Source of the DNA: Acidobacteriota bacterium
GTDB lineage: Bacteria > Acidobacteriota > Vicinamibacteria > Vicinamibacterales > SCN-69-37
Direction: 5' to 3'
Length of the DNA: 64,000 nt
Assembly (NCBI GenBank): GCA_024653875.1
Contig: JANLHE010000192.1
Location: 565 to 64,564 of the forward strand
Part shown: positions 49,699-57,815 of the stretch, piece after piece
Layout of the letters: every line of letters starts with the position of its first letter
Numbering within the stretch: the first letter of the stretch is position 1
The notes under the pieces: model-generated
Seen by the model: the letters and a program-made list of their open reading frames with translations, nothing else
Told to the model about the DNA's origin: nothing
Databases searched by the model: none
Program-made: the position numbers and the translations under genes

Positions 49699-50051
49699 TG
49701 CGGCACATCTCCTTCGCACTCACGACAGACCAGGTGCGCACCCAGACCAAGACGGTCACACGCCGCCTGGGGTGGAAGACCTTAAAGCCGGGCACGCTGT
49801 TACAGCCAGTCGTGAAGTCCCAAGGACTCAAGAAGGGCGAAACGGTTGAGCGAATCGGCGGTCCCATCCGCGTGATTGATGTCGTTGTTGAGCGGCTGAA
49901 TGGCGGCGTCTCGCAGTCGGACGTGTGGCGCGAAGGCTTCCCCCAAATGTCGCCGGAGCAGTTTATCGACATGTTCTGCCATCACAACAAGTGCGAACGG
50001 ACCGCTGAGATCACGCGGATTCACTTCGAGTACATGGAGGCGCGGCCCTGA
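49698..50051 (+). CDS. ASCH-domain-like protein
   Basis: TGATG overlap start. The N-terminal SFALTTDQVRTQTKTVTRRLGWK resembles the ASCH beta-barrel start. Confidence 0.45.
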   Translation: MRHISFALTTDQVRTQTKTVTRRLGWKTLKPGTLLQPVVKSQGLKKGETVERIGGPIRVIDVVVERLNGGVSQSDVWREGFPQMSPEQFIDMFCHHNKCERTAEITRIHFEYMEARP

Positions 50052-50503
50052 TGCACGCCCCCCTCCTACGTCAGCCCGCCTTGCCGATGTATGGCCAGCA
50101 GCCGGAGCCCGCGCCGAGGCCCGTGCCCTTCCGGAAGGCCGTGCGTGACGTCTCGAAGGAAACCTACAACGTCCTGGCGGACACCGGGGCGCTGGGCGCG
50201 GCGACCACCAAGGTCATGCGGTCGCTCAAGGCCTACATCAACCGGCACGCGGACTATCCAACGCCGGCCGAACTCTGCAGATGGATGTTTGACACCGGCG
50301 TCATCAAGCACAACCGGACCAATCTCGTGGCCCCCAGGCTCACGGAGTTACATAAGGGCCGCGTGATCCGCCGCAAGGGCCAACTGCCGGTGCGTGTCGG
50401 CGGCAGTGAGATTGAGAAGTTACCGCTGCGCGTGTGTCGAGAGACGGGCGGCGATGCCCACCCAGTGCGGCCGCGGCAGAAGGGAAGCGAGGACTCACGA
50501 TGA
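50051..50503 (+). CDS. Hypothetical protein, possible winged-helix
   Basis: Track ORF with a TGATG overlap. Confidence 0.4.
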   Translation: MHAPLLRQPALPMYGQQPEPAPRPVPFRKAVRDVSKETYNVLADTGALGAATTKVMRSLKAYINRHADYPTPAELCRWMFDTGVIKHNRTNLVAPRLTELHKGRVIRRKGQLPVRVGGSEIEKLPLRVCRETGGDAHPVRPRQKGSEDSR

Positions 50504-50907
50504 CCCGCTGTGCCCGTTCTGGTTGCCGTGGTGAGGGGAAGCCGAAGTTCTGCAGCGCCAAGTGTGCGGCCTCGACCGGCTGGGGCAAGGTGAATGGACA
50601 TGGCCGCAAGCCGCAACAGCGGTCGTGTGCCCGTCCCGGGTGCCTTCGCCATCTGCGGGCCGGAGCGCCCACGTACCAGAAGTACTGCGGGAAGCGATGC
50701 GCCGGCATGGTGGCCGCGGCCAATGGGCACTTCGTGGCCCCGGAGCATCGCCCGGACCGTCACCACGCGGCCACGAAGCCTGTAGCGGCGCAGAAGGACT
50801 CCTGGTGGCTCAACGGTGCGAAGTTTTACGAAAACGCTCACGCGCGGTTTCCTGACACATCCCCGCGCGGCAAGGTGATCCTCTACGCGAAGGATTCTCA
50901 GGCATGA
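50500..50907 (+). CDS. Protein with two FCS/TRASH-like zinc motifs
   Basis: ATGA overlap start. The two motifs are CARSGC...KFCSAKCA and CARPGC...KYCGKRCA. Confidence 0.4.
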   Translation: MTRCARSGCRGEGKPKFCSAKCAASTGWGKVNGHGRKPQQRSCARPGCLRHLRAGAPTYQKYCGKRCAGMVAAANGHFVAPEHRPDRHHAATKPVAAQKDSWWLNGAKFYENAHARFPDTSPRGKVILYAKDSQA

Positions 50908-51044
50908 CCTGCACCTGTGGCGCTGCTGCGGTGCCGAGTGTGTTCCCGTGGGCGCCTCGCTGTGTCCGCTGTGGGCAGGCGCTGCTGAGTGGGTGGCGCT
51001 GGATTTGGCGCGGGGATATTGGGCAACAGAAGGGGCGCGATTAG
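50904..51044 (+). CDS. Doubtful 46-aa Cys-rich ORF
   Basis: ATGA overlap start. Contains CTCG...CVRCG. It fills the gap to the next gene. Confidence 0.2.
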   Translation: MTCTCGAAAVPSVFPWAPRCVRCGQALLSGWRWIWRGDIGQQKGRD

Positions 51045-51317
51045 ATGGCCTACATGAACCGCTGGCGCTGCACAAACTGCCACACGATCTCGCTCCGGGC
51101 AGACTTACTCCAAGGGCCGAACCCGTTCGATCTAGAGTCGGAAGTGTTCGGCTGCCCGAACTGCCAGGCGGTGGAGTGTTTCGACCATCTCTGTGATGAG
51201 CCTGACTGTGTGGACGTGGTGAGTTGCGGCACACCCACAAAGCCGGGAGGGTATCGGTTTACGTGTAGCCGACATCAGCCGGAGGCGCGTGGCGACGGGC
51301 CGAAGGAGCGGGATTGA
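51045..51317 (+). CDS. Zinc-ribbon protein (90 aa)
   Basis: Track ORF. Contains CTNCH...CPNCQ plus further Cys residues. Confidence 0.4.
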   Translation: MAYMNRWRCTNCHTISLRADLLQGPNPFDLESEVFGCPNCQAVECFDHLCDEPDCVDVVSCGTPTKPGGYRFTCSRHQPEARGDGPKERD

Positions 51318-51514
51318 TGGCGATTCGCTTGACGACCGTGGTACCGTTTAATAAGCGGGACATATGGAGCACGAACGCTCCACATGCCCCTGAACCGGCA
51401 CTCGGTTCCGCGCTTGGAGGCGCGTTCGTCATGTCGATCTTCCGCGATTCTACCCCAGTCCGTCCAGCCGCAACAGCGAACAAAGTTCGCAAGCCCACGG
51501 CGGTGCAGCCATGA
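51314..51514 (+). CDS. Doubtful 66-aa ORF
   Basis: Track ORF with an ATGA overlap, but poor composition and lower GC. Confidence 0.2.
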   Translation: MMAIRLTTVVPFNKRDIWSTNAPHAPEPALGSALGGAFVMSIFRDSTPVRPAATANKVRKPTAVQP

Positions 51515-51711
51515 CGACGTGGATGAACCGCACAAAAGATGCTGAAGCGGCACGTATCGCGGCGAGCCGAGAGATGCGTCAAAAGGCTGGTAATTGCATC
51601 AGGTGTGGGATTGCACGTGACAAAGCGAGTAAGCAGCTTTGCACGAAGCATTTAGTGGCACAGCGACTACGAGCACGGGCAAAAGCAGTTGACGACAAGG
51701 CGGCTCGCTGA
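51511..51711 (+). CDS. Small basic protein with CxxC (66 aa)
   Basis: Track ORF with an ATGA overlap. Confidence 0.35.
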   Translation: MTTWMNRTKDAEAARIAASREMRQKAGNCIRCGIARDKASKQLCTKHLVAQRLRARAKAVDDKAAR

Positions 51712-52214
51712 TGGCCAAGCCCACATACTGGGAACTGCTTAAGCACCCAAACTGGCAGCGCAAGCGGCTTGAGGTGATGCAGCGCGACAACTTCACCTGC
51801 GTGTCGTGTGGTAGCACAGAAAACACCCTCAATGTGCATCACTCCTACTACACCAAGGGCGCAATGCCTTGGGATTACCCCGCCGATAGTCTAAAGACGC
51901 TGTGCCAGCAGTGCCACGGCGATCACCATGAGGCCATGGAAAATCTCAAGGCGTCCATTGGGCTTCTTGATATCACCGTCCTCGACATGGTTCGCGGATA
52001 CGTGGACGGCCTGCTCTGGTCCGAGGGTGACTACAGCAGAAAAGTCCACATTGAAAGCTACGAATACGCACAGGGCGTGGGCCATTGGTGGGGCGTCTCA
52101 GCGGACGACATTATCGCGCTGGTGAACTCAAAAGGCGTCATATCGGTTGACACACTAAGCGACTTGGAAACAGGGTTTATATCCGCGTCACCCGAGCACA
52201 AGGAGCCAGAGTAA
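51711..52214 (+). CDS. HNH-type nuclease domain protein
   Basis: WQRKRLEVMQRDNFTCVSCGS...LNVHHSYY...LKTLCQQCHGDHH. Lower GC than the flanking genes. Confidence 0.55.
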   Translation: MAKPTYWELLKHPNWQRKRLEVMQRDNFTCVSCGSTENTLNVHHSYYTKGAMPWDYPADSLKTLCQQCHGDHHEAMENLKASIGLLDITVLDMVRGYVDGLLWSEGDYSRKVHIESYEYAQGVGHWWGVSADDIIALVNSKGVISVDTLSDLETGFISASPEHKEPE

Positions 52215-53179
52215 TGGCTTGGGTGAAACTCGACGACAAGATGACTAAGGGTCCAAAGGTGAAGCGGGCCGCGCTGGAGCTTGGCGGTGTCCATCCCCGC
52301 GCCCGTGTGGTCTACGTGTGGGGCGATGCGATGTCCTATTGCAACCTCAACCTTACTGATGGTTTTGTGCCTGACTACGAAATTGCCGAATATGACGATG
52401 ACGACACGCAGGCGGTGTTTCGTGCGATGTCGGTTGGCGATGATCACTTGGGCGCCATTGTCGAGCGAGACGAGGCCCGCAAAGGTTGGGTGTTTCGCAA
52501 TTACGGCGAGTATCAGCCCCTCAAGGCTGATGTTGAGGAACGGCTGCAAAAGGAGCGGGATCGTAAGCGTAAACCAAAAGGCGAGGACTTCCGCGCGGAG
52601 GAATCGCGGATTCCGCTTGGAGGAATCGCGGATTCCGGACATACCGATCCGATCCGGACCGACCCGGACCAGACCGTCCCGAACCTACCCGAACCAGAAC
52701 CGGACCCTGTAGAGCCATCGGCGACGCCGGCTGATTTAATGGCTGTGTGGAACGACATCACGCAAAGGCCCATCCCTCGATGCCGCGAACTCACCGACAA
52801 ACGCCGGAAGCACGCCAAGACTCGACTCGCTAAACGCCCATTGTCCGAGTGGCGCGAAATCATAGCCATTGTCCAGTCGTCGAGGTTTTGCCGGGGTGAA
52901 AACGATCGAGGTTGGACGGCTTCGTTTGACTGGCTAATCGCATCGGACGACCCTGCGGTGAAGGCGTTGGAAGGCACCTACGACGAACGCAGGCGTGGGG
53001 GTTTGACTGAGGTGAAGCCGCTCCACACGCCAGCCGAAATTAAACAAGCGGCCCGTGCGCTCGGATCGCGCAGCTGGGCGGCAGAGTGCGTGCGCCTTCA
53101 CGGTGGCCGATGTGGCAGTGCGCCATCGCATGATGACCGGATGGTGCTGGACGCCGGGAAAGCGCAGGCCGCGTCATGA
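52214..53179 (+). CDS. Putative replication initiation/organiser protein
   Basis: The N-terminal WVKLDDKM... region and the C-terminal NDRGWTASFDWLI...ALEGTYD resemble phage replication-protein termini. The linker contains DNA-level tandem palindromes. Confidence 0.45.
   Translation: MAWVKLDDKMTKGPKVKRAALELGGVHPRARVVYVWGDAMSYCNLNLTDGFVPDYEIAEYDDDDTQAVFRAMSVGDDHLGAIVERDEARKGWVFRNYGEYQPLKADVEERLQKERDRKRKPKGEDFRAEESRIPLGGIADSGHTDPIRTDPDQTVPNLPEPEPDPVEPSATPADLMAVWNDITQRPIPRCRELTDKRRKHAKTRLAKRPLSEWREIIAIVQSSRFCRGENDRGWTASFDWLIASDDPAVKALEGTYDERRRGGLTEVKPLHTPAEIKQAARALGSRSWAAECVRLHGGRCGSAPSHDDRMVLDAGKAQAAS
52597..52637. repeat. Perfect 19-bp tandem direct repeat GGAGGAATCGCGGATTCCG x2 (22-bp period), each holding the palindrome GGAATC-GCG-GATTCC; candidate ori iterons
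   Basis: Copies at 52597-52615 and 52619-52637. The period is not a multiple of 3, so the two copies are translated in different frames (EESRIP versus GGIADS). Confidence 0.55.
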
Positions 53180-54054
53180 GCGTAGCGCGCCCAGCCCTTC
53201 GTTATCACGGAGGCAAATGGAAGCTGGCCCCGTGGATTGTGTCGGTCCTGCCACCTCACCGTGTCTACGTGGAGCCGTTCGGCGGGGCCGCGTCCGTGCT
53301 GATACAGAAGCCGCGCAGTTACGGCGAGGTTTACAACGAATTGTCCGATGACGTGGTGAACCTGTTTCGCGTCCTCCGTGACCCTGTGGCGCAGCGCGAG
53401 CTGATACGGGGACTTCGACGCACGCCATTCTCCCGGCTCGAGTTTGAGGACGCCTATAAGGCGTATGAAGTGCCAGTGGCACGGGCGAAGGCGCTGATTA
53501 TTCGGTCGTTCATGGGGTTTGGATCGAACGGGCACAACATCAGAGTCAAGACCGGCTTTCGCGCCAACGCCAATCGGAGCGGCACGACACCAGCGCAGGA
53601 TTGGCCGAACTATCGTCGAGCGCTACCGGCGCTGATTCGGAGGCTGGAAGGCGTCGTCATTGAACACCGAGACGCTGTGGAGTGTATGCGTCAACACGAC
53701 GGCCCGGACGTGCTGCACTACGTTGATCCGCCCTACGTTTTGTCCACGCGATCGGTGGCAAATCCCTACGACCTGAAATACCGGGCCAAGGGCTCCATGC
53801 ATCGCGCGGGTTGCTACGACCACGAAATGACGGATGAGCAACACATCGAACTCTTAGCCGCACTTCAGAACCTCACTGGCATGGTGGTTTTGAGCGGGTA
53901 TCGGTCTGGCGTCTACAACGAATTGCCATGGCGGCATATCGAGCGTGAATCTTTAGCCGATGGCGCGAAGAAGCGCACTGAGGTTTTATGGTTCAACGCT
54001 GCCGCCTGGGCTGCATCTCCTATGCATGGAATGTTCGCTGAGGCCACCGCATGA
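53176..54054 (+). CDS. dam: N6-adenine DNA methyltransferase (Dam/D12 class)
   Basis: Motifs YHGGK, EPFGGAASV (FxGxG) and YVDPPY (DPPY). Confidence 0.8.
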   Translation: MSVARPALRYHGGKWKLAPWIVSVLPPHRVYVEPFGGAASVLIQKPRSYGEVYNELSDDVVNLFRVLRDPVAQRELIRGLRRTPFSRLEFEDAYKAYEVPVARAKALIIRSFMGFGSNGHNIRVKTGFRANANRSGTTPAQDWPNYRRALPALIRRLEGVVIEHRDAVECMRQHDGPDVLHYVDPPYVLSTRSVANPYDLKYRAKGSMHRAGCYDHEMTDEQHIELLAALQNLTGMVVLSGYRSGVYNELPWRHIERESLADGAKKRTEVLWFNAAAWAASPMHGMFAEATA

Positions 54055-54269
54055 GAAACCGTGGCTCTATCGAACTCGCCTTGATTGCCGAGTCCATGAA
54101 GCTCCCAGCCTCAGAACGCTCGGCCTGGATTCTCCAGCGCAAGGCGGAGATTGCCCACGGTGGTCCGGAGCCTGCGCCGTATCAGCCCGAGGGGTTCACA
54201 GCGAAACCATTCGCGGACGTGGCCGACGATCCCGTTATTGCGCGGCTGTGCGCGGAGGGCAACAAGTGA
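54051..54269 (+). CDS. Hypothetical 72-aa protein
   Basis: Track ORF with ATGA/GTGA overlaps on both sides. Confidence 0.4.
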   Translation: MRNRGSIELALIAESMKLPASERSAWILQRKAEIAHGGPEPAPYQPEGFTAKPFADVADDPVIARLCAEGNK

Positions 54270-55171
54270 TCCGCGTGGCTGATCTGTTCGCAGGGGCCGG
54301 CGGATTCAGCGAAGGCGCGCGCTTGGCCGGCCTGCACGTGGTGGCCAGTGTGAACCATTGGCGCATCGCGTGCGACACGCACGACGCGAACTTCCCGCAT
54401 ATGACGGCGATGTGTCAGGACGCCGCGTTGATGGACCCGCGCGACCTGCCGGCGTTCGATGGGTTACTGGCGTCGCCGGCGTGTCAAGGCCACTCGCCGG
54501 CGCGCGGGAAAGATCGGCCACACCACGACGCGGCGCGCGCGACAGCCTGGTGCGTCGTGAATACCGTCGAAGTGACGCGCCCGCGCTGGTTCGTGGTGGA
54601 GAACGTGCCGGCGTTTCTCACATGGGCGCTGTACCGGCCGTGGGCTGAGGCATTGCGCCTGCTCGGCTATTCGCTGTCTGAAAACATTCTGAACGCGGCG
54701 GAGTTCGGCGTGCCGCAGGACCGCAGCCGGGTCTACATCGTGGGGATGCGCGGAAAGTCCGCCCGGTGGCTCACGTCCCCCCGCCTGGAGCATCAGCCGG
54801 CCGAATCCATCCTCGACGCCGGAGGCGTGTGGAGCGACGTGCGCAAGGCCGGACGCGCGACGCAAACGCTCAGCCGGATCGAGTCAGGACGCCGACGGTT
54901 CGGCCGCCGGTTCCTGATTCCGTACTACAAGTCCGGGTCTGGACTGACGGGGCGGTCAGTGGCCCGCCCACTCGGCACCGTGACGACGAAAGATCGGTAC
55001 GCCCTGGTTGACGGCGACAAGATGCGCATGCTGACCGTGGCCGAATACCGCCGCGCGATGGGCTTCCGTGAGGACTACATCGTCACCGGCACCCGCGTTG
55101 AGCAGGTCAAGCAGTACGGCAACGCCGTCTGCCCGCCGGTGGCTGCGCACATCCTGCGGGAGGTCGCATGA
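54266..55171 (+). CDS. dcm: C5-cytosine DNA methyltransferase
   Basis: GTG start in frame with track ORF 53960..55171. Motifs DLFAGAGG, SPACQGHS (PCQ), ENVPAF, VPQDRSRVYIVG and GNAVCPPV. Confidence 0.85.
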   Translation: MIRVADLFAGAGGFSEGARLAGLHVVASVNHWRIACDTHDANFPHMTAMCQDAALMDPRDLPAFDGLLASPACQGHSPARGKDRPHHDAARATAWCVVNTVEVTRPRWFVVENVPAFLTWALYRPWAEALRLLGYSLSENILNAAEFGVPQDRSRVYIVGMRGKSARWLTSPRLEHQPAESILDAGGVWSDVRKAGRATQTLSRIESGRRRFGRRFLIPYYKSGSGLTGRSVARPLGTVTTKDRYALVDGDKMRMLTVAEYRRAMGFREDYIVTGTRVEQVKQYGNAVCPPVAAHILREVA

Positions 55172-55356
55172 GCCGCCTCACCTGCGCCAACGGCTCCCGC
55201 TGGGGAGCGAAGGGCTGTGGCCCGTGCCGGAAGTGCCGCCGGGAAGCGGCCCGCATGGACCGAGAGTTTGATATCGACGCACTCATGGGCAAATACAACC
55301 TGCGCGGCTACGCACCGACGGAGTGGGCCGCATATCAGCGTAAGGGGCTGTCATGA
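55168..55356 (+). CDS. Hypothetical 62-aa Cys-containing protein
   Basis: Track ORF with an ATGA overlap. Confidence 0.35.
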   Translation: MSRLTCANGSRWGAKGCGPCRKCRREAARMDREFDIDALMGKYNLRGYAPTEWAAYQRKGLS

Positions 55357-55679
55357 GGCAGCCGGCCGCAATTGATCACGCCGTTCTCTGTTTTATTCCG
55401 TGGGGCGGTGACGAGAGTGATGTTACAACGCTAAGCGACAAAATGGTGGTCGCTCGCAAGGAGGCCTCATGCGCCATTTGCTTTGGCCCCATTATGCCCA
55501 AAGATCGCGTCCGGGCTCAGGTCCAAGTGTATGACGGCAAGGTTCGTACGTTTCAGTTTTGCGTGGTCTGTTGCGCTGCAATGGTGCGCCGCTACTTTGC
55601 CACATCCGCAGAGGATGAGATGGAGATTGAAGACCGTTACGATCTCGGGCGACTCGCCGCTGAGAACAAGGCGTTATGA
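55353..55679 (+). CDS. Hypothetical 108-aa protein with CxxC...CxxC
   Basis: Track ORF. Contains CAIC...CVVCC. Confidence 0.4.
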   Translation: MRQPAAIDHAVLCFIPWGGDESDVTTLSDKMVVARKEASCAICFGPIMPKDRVRAQVQVYDGKVRTFQFCVVCCAAMVRRYFATSAEDEMEIEDRYDLGRLAAENKAL

Positions 55680-56194
55680 GACAACCCGCCCCGCTCCGCA
55701 AGGGACCGAGTCTCCGCCAGCAGCCGTCAGCCGTACCGCTGCTGCTCTTCCAGTGCGAGGCGCTTAGGTTGCCCGCCCCGGTCACGGAGTACTTCTTTCA
55801 CCCGACCCGTAAGTGGCGGCTCGACGTGGCGTGGCCAGACTACCGGCTCGCGGTGGAAGTGGACGGCGGCGGGTTCGTGCCGGGCGGTGGTCACCACTCC
55901 CGCGGCGTCGGCATGGAGGACGACTGCGAGAAGTATGCCGAGGCCCTGTTGAAGGGCTGGCGCATCCTTCGCACGACGCCCAGACAGATCAAGAAGGGCC
56001 AGACGTTCACCTGGCTCGAACGCGCGTTTTTACTCATCAAACCCCAAGTCCCTCAAGCCCCCCAATCAGGAGTCCCCCATGTCCCGATTCAGTCAGTCCG
56101 ATCCTCGTCAACGTCTAGTGTTCCATGTGCAGGAACTCGAACGCCTGGAAGAACTCAAAAAAGAAGCCTCGAACGACCTGAAACAGGGATTTGA
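55676..56194 (+). CDS. Vsr/DUF559-like PD-(D/E)XK endonuclease
   Basis: EYFFHPTRKWRLDVAWPDYRLAVEVDGGG...HHSRGVGMEDDCEKYAEALLKGWRILR. The C-terminal 116 nt overlap the next gene. Confidence 0.5.
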   Translation: MRQPAPLRKGPSLRQQPSAVPLLLFQCEALRLPAPVTEYFFHPTRKWRLDVAWPDYRLAVEVDGGGFVPGGGHHSRGVGMEDDCEKYAEALLKGWRILRTTPRQIKKGQTFTWLERAFLLIKPQVPQAPQSGVPHVPIQSVRSSSTSSVPCAGTRTPGRTQKRSLERPETGI

Positions 56195-56732
56195 GGCCGC
56201 TAAAGCTGAGGGCTACGACACGACAACGTTGAAGGTTGTCTTGAAGCTCCGCAAGATGACAGCCGGGCAGCGGCAGGAGCGGCGTGCGCTGGAAGCCATC
56301 TACATGGCGGCGCTCGGCATGCTGGAAGGGGACGCGTTGCCGGAGGAAGCGCGGCGCCGCCTGGATCCACCGTCAGCACCGCCTGAGCCGAAGGCCGACG
56401 ACAAGGCGCCACAAAAAGGGCCAAAGAGCAAGAGTGCTGAAGCGCCAAGACCGAAACCGCAACCAGTCCTTCCGCTCAAGGAACCCGCCGAGGCGCGCGC
56501 GGAAGGTGTCACGGCGGCAGAGGCAGGCAAGCGCATCTATGACAACCCGTATCCGGCTGGTGACCCGTGCCGCGCGGCGTGGGATGAAGGTTGGTGTTCT
56601 GCGAAGAAATCCAACGGGATGGAGACGCCAGAGGCATACCAGCGCCGCAAGTCACCGGACGATGGCTCCGCATCATCGGAACAGTATGAACAAGGGGCAG
56701 CGTCCGACGAACAGAAGAAAGGGGCGGCGTAA
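56079..56732 (+). CDS. GapR/DUF2312-like DNA-binding domain fused to an Rmf-like C-terminal motif
   Basis: AGGAG SD. N-terminus LVFHVQELERLEELKKEASNDLKQGFEAAKAEGYDTTTLKVVLKLRKM...AIYMAALGML. C-terminus IYDNPYPAGDPCRAAWDEGW. Confidence 0.6.
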   Translation: MSRFSQSDPRQRLVFHVQELERLEELKKEASNDLKQGFEAAKAEGYDTTTLKVVLKLRKMTAGQRQERRALEAIYMAALGMLEGDALPEEARRRLDPPSAPPEPKADDKAPQKGPKSKSAEAPRPKPQPVLPLKEPAEARAEGVTAAEAGKRIYDNPYPAGDPCRAAWDEGWCSAKKSNGMETPEAYQRRKSPDDGSASSEQYEQGAASDEQKKGAA

Positions 56733-57641
56733 ATGCTCGTTACCGCCTCAGCCAGTGACGCCGTCGAACGGGCGCTTGAGCGTGTTACAAAGTTCGCGCA
56801 GGTGCTCAGACCGTCCGAGGTTGACGAGCCTATCCTCGCGCCGTCCGTCGCGCATGCCATCCACGAATGGCTGCTGGAAATCAACAACGCGACCGAGCTG
56901 GCGGCCGTTGGTGTTCAGCCGCGACGGCTGGCGCTTTTGTATGGCCCCCCAGGCACAGGCAAGACAACGCTCGCGCATCACCTCGCGGCCCGATTGGGAT
57001 TGCCGCTCGTGGCTGTGCAATCAGAGCGCCTGATTGAGGGGTACGTCGGTGCCACCGGCGGGAATATCGGCAGCCTGTTCGACATTCTCAGCGAGTTGGA
57101 GAAATCCTGCGTCCTGCTGCTAGATGAGTTTGACGCCCTTGGCCTAAAGCGCCTGAACGCCAAGCAAGGTGCTGAACAGGAACGCAACAACTTCGTGACG
57201 GTCTTACTGCGTCGAATCGAGCAATTCAAGGGCATCGGACTGGCCGCGACAAACACGAAGGACGCCATTGACCCAGCGATGTGGCGTCGGTTCGGGCTGC
57301 AAATCTCCGTGGATCTCCCCGGCGAGCATGAACGGTTCGCCATCCTCCGCAAATACGCGCTCCCGTTCGATCTCGATGACAGCGCCATTGACAACCTCGT
57401 CACGGCGACACGCGGCTGTAGCCCGAGCCTGCTGCGTCAGTTAATGGAGGGGATGAAACGCACCCTCGTATTGGCCGCGCGGGTGAACTTCGACATCAGC
57501 CGACCTGATGCCGTGTTTGGTCGGGTGATTGCCTCAATAGCGCCACCGCCAGAAATGGAACAGCCGCCGCTGTGGAGCAACGTCGCCGCCACACTCGAAT
57601 CGATCAAGGGGATGGCCTGGCCACCCGTGAGGAGCAACTGA
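56733..57641 (+). CDS. AAA+ ATPase (classical AAA clade)
   Basis: Walker A motif LLYGPPGTGKTT and Walker B motif VLLLDEFD. Sensor/arginine-finger region ATNTKDAIDPAMWRRF. Confidence 0.8.
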   Translation: MLVTASASDAVERALERVTKFAQVLRPSEVDEPILAPSVAHAIHEWLLEINNATELAAVGVQPRRLALLYGPPGTGKTTLAHHLAARLGLPLVAVQSERLIEGYVGATGGNIGSLFDILSELEKSCVLLLDEFDALGLKRLNAKQGAEQERNNFVTVLLRRIEQFKGIGLAATNTKDAIDPAMWRRFGLQISVDLPGEHERFAILRKYALPFDLDDSAIDNLVTATRGCSPSLLRQLMEGMKRTLVLAARVNFDISRPDAVFGRVIASIAPPPEMEQPPLWSNVAATLESIKGMAWPPVRSN

Positions 57642-57815
57642 TGGATAGGAAGCCGAAGGCCAAGGCCCGCAAGCGGCAGGCGGTGAACTGATGGCGGGCA
57701 TGCGCTGGGCCACCGCCGTCGCCGTTGTCAGCCAGGGCGTGGAAGCCCACATCGAGGCGCGGAACCAAGAAGCTGCCCGCGGGCGGGACGCCTGCGATGA
57801 AACGGGGCGTGGCTG

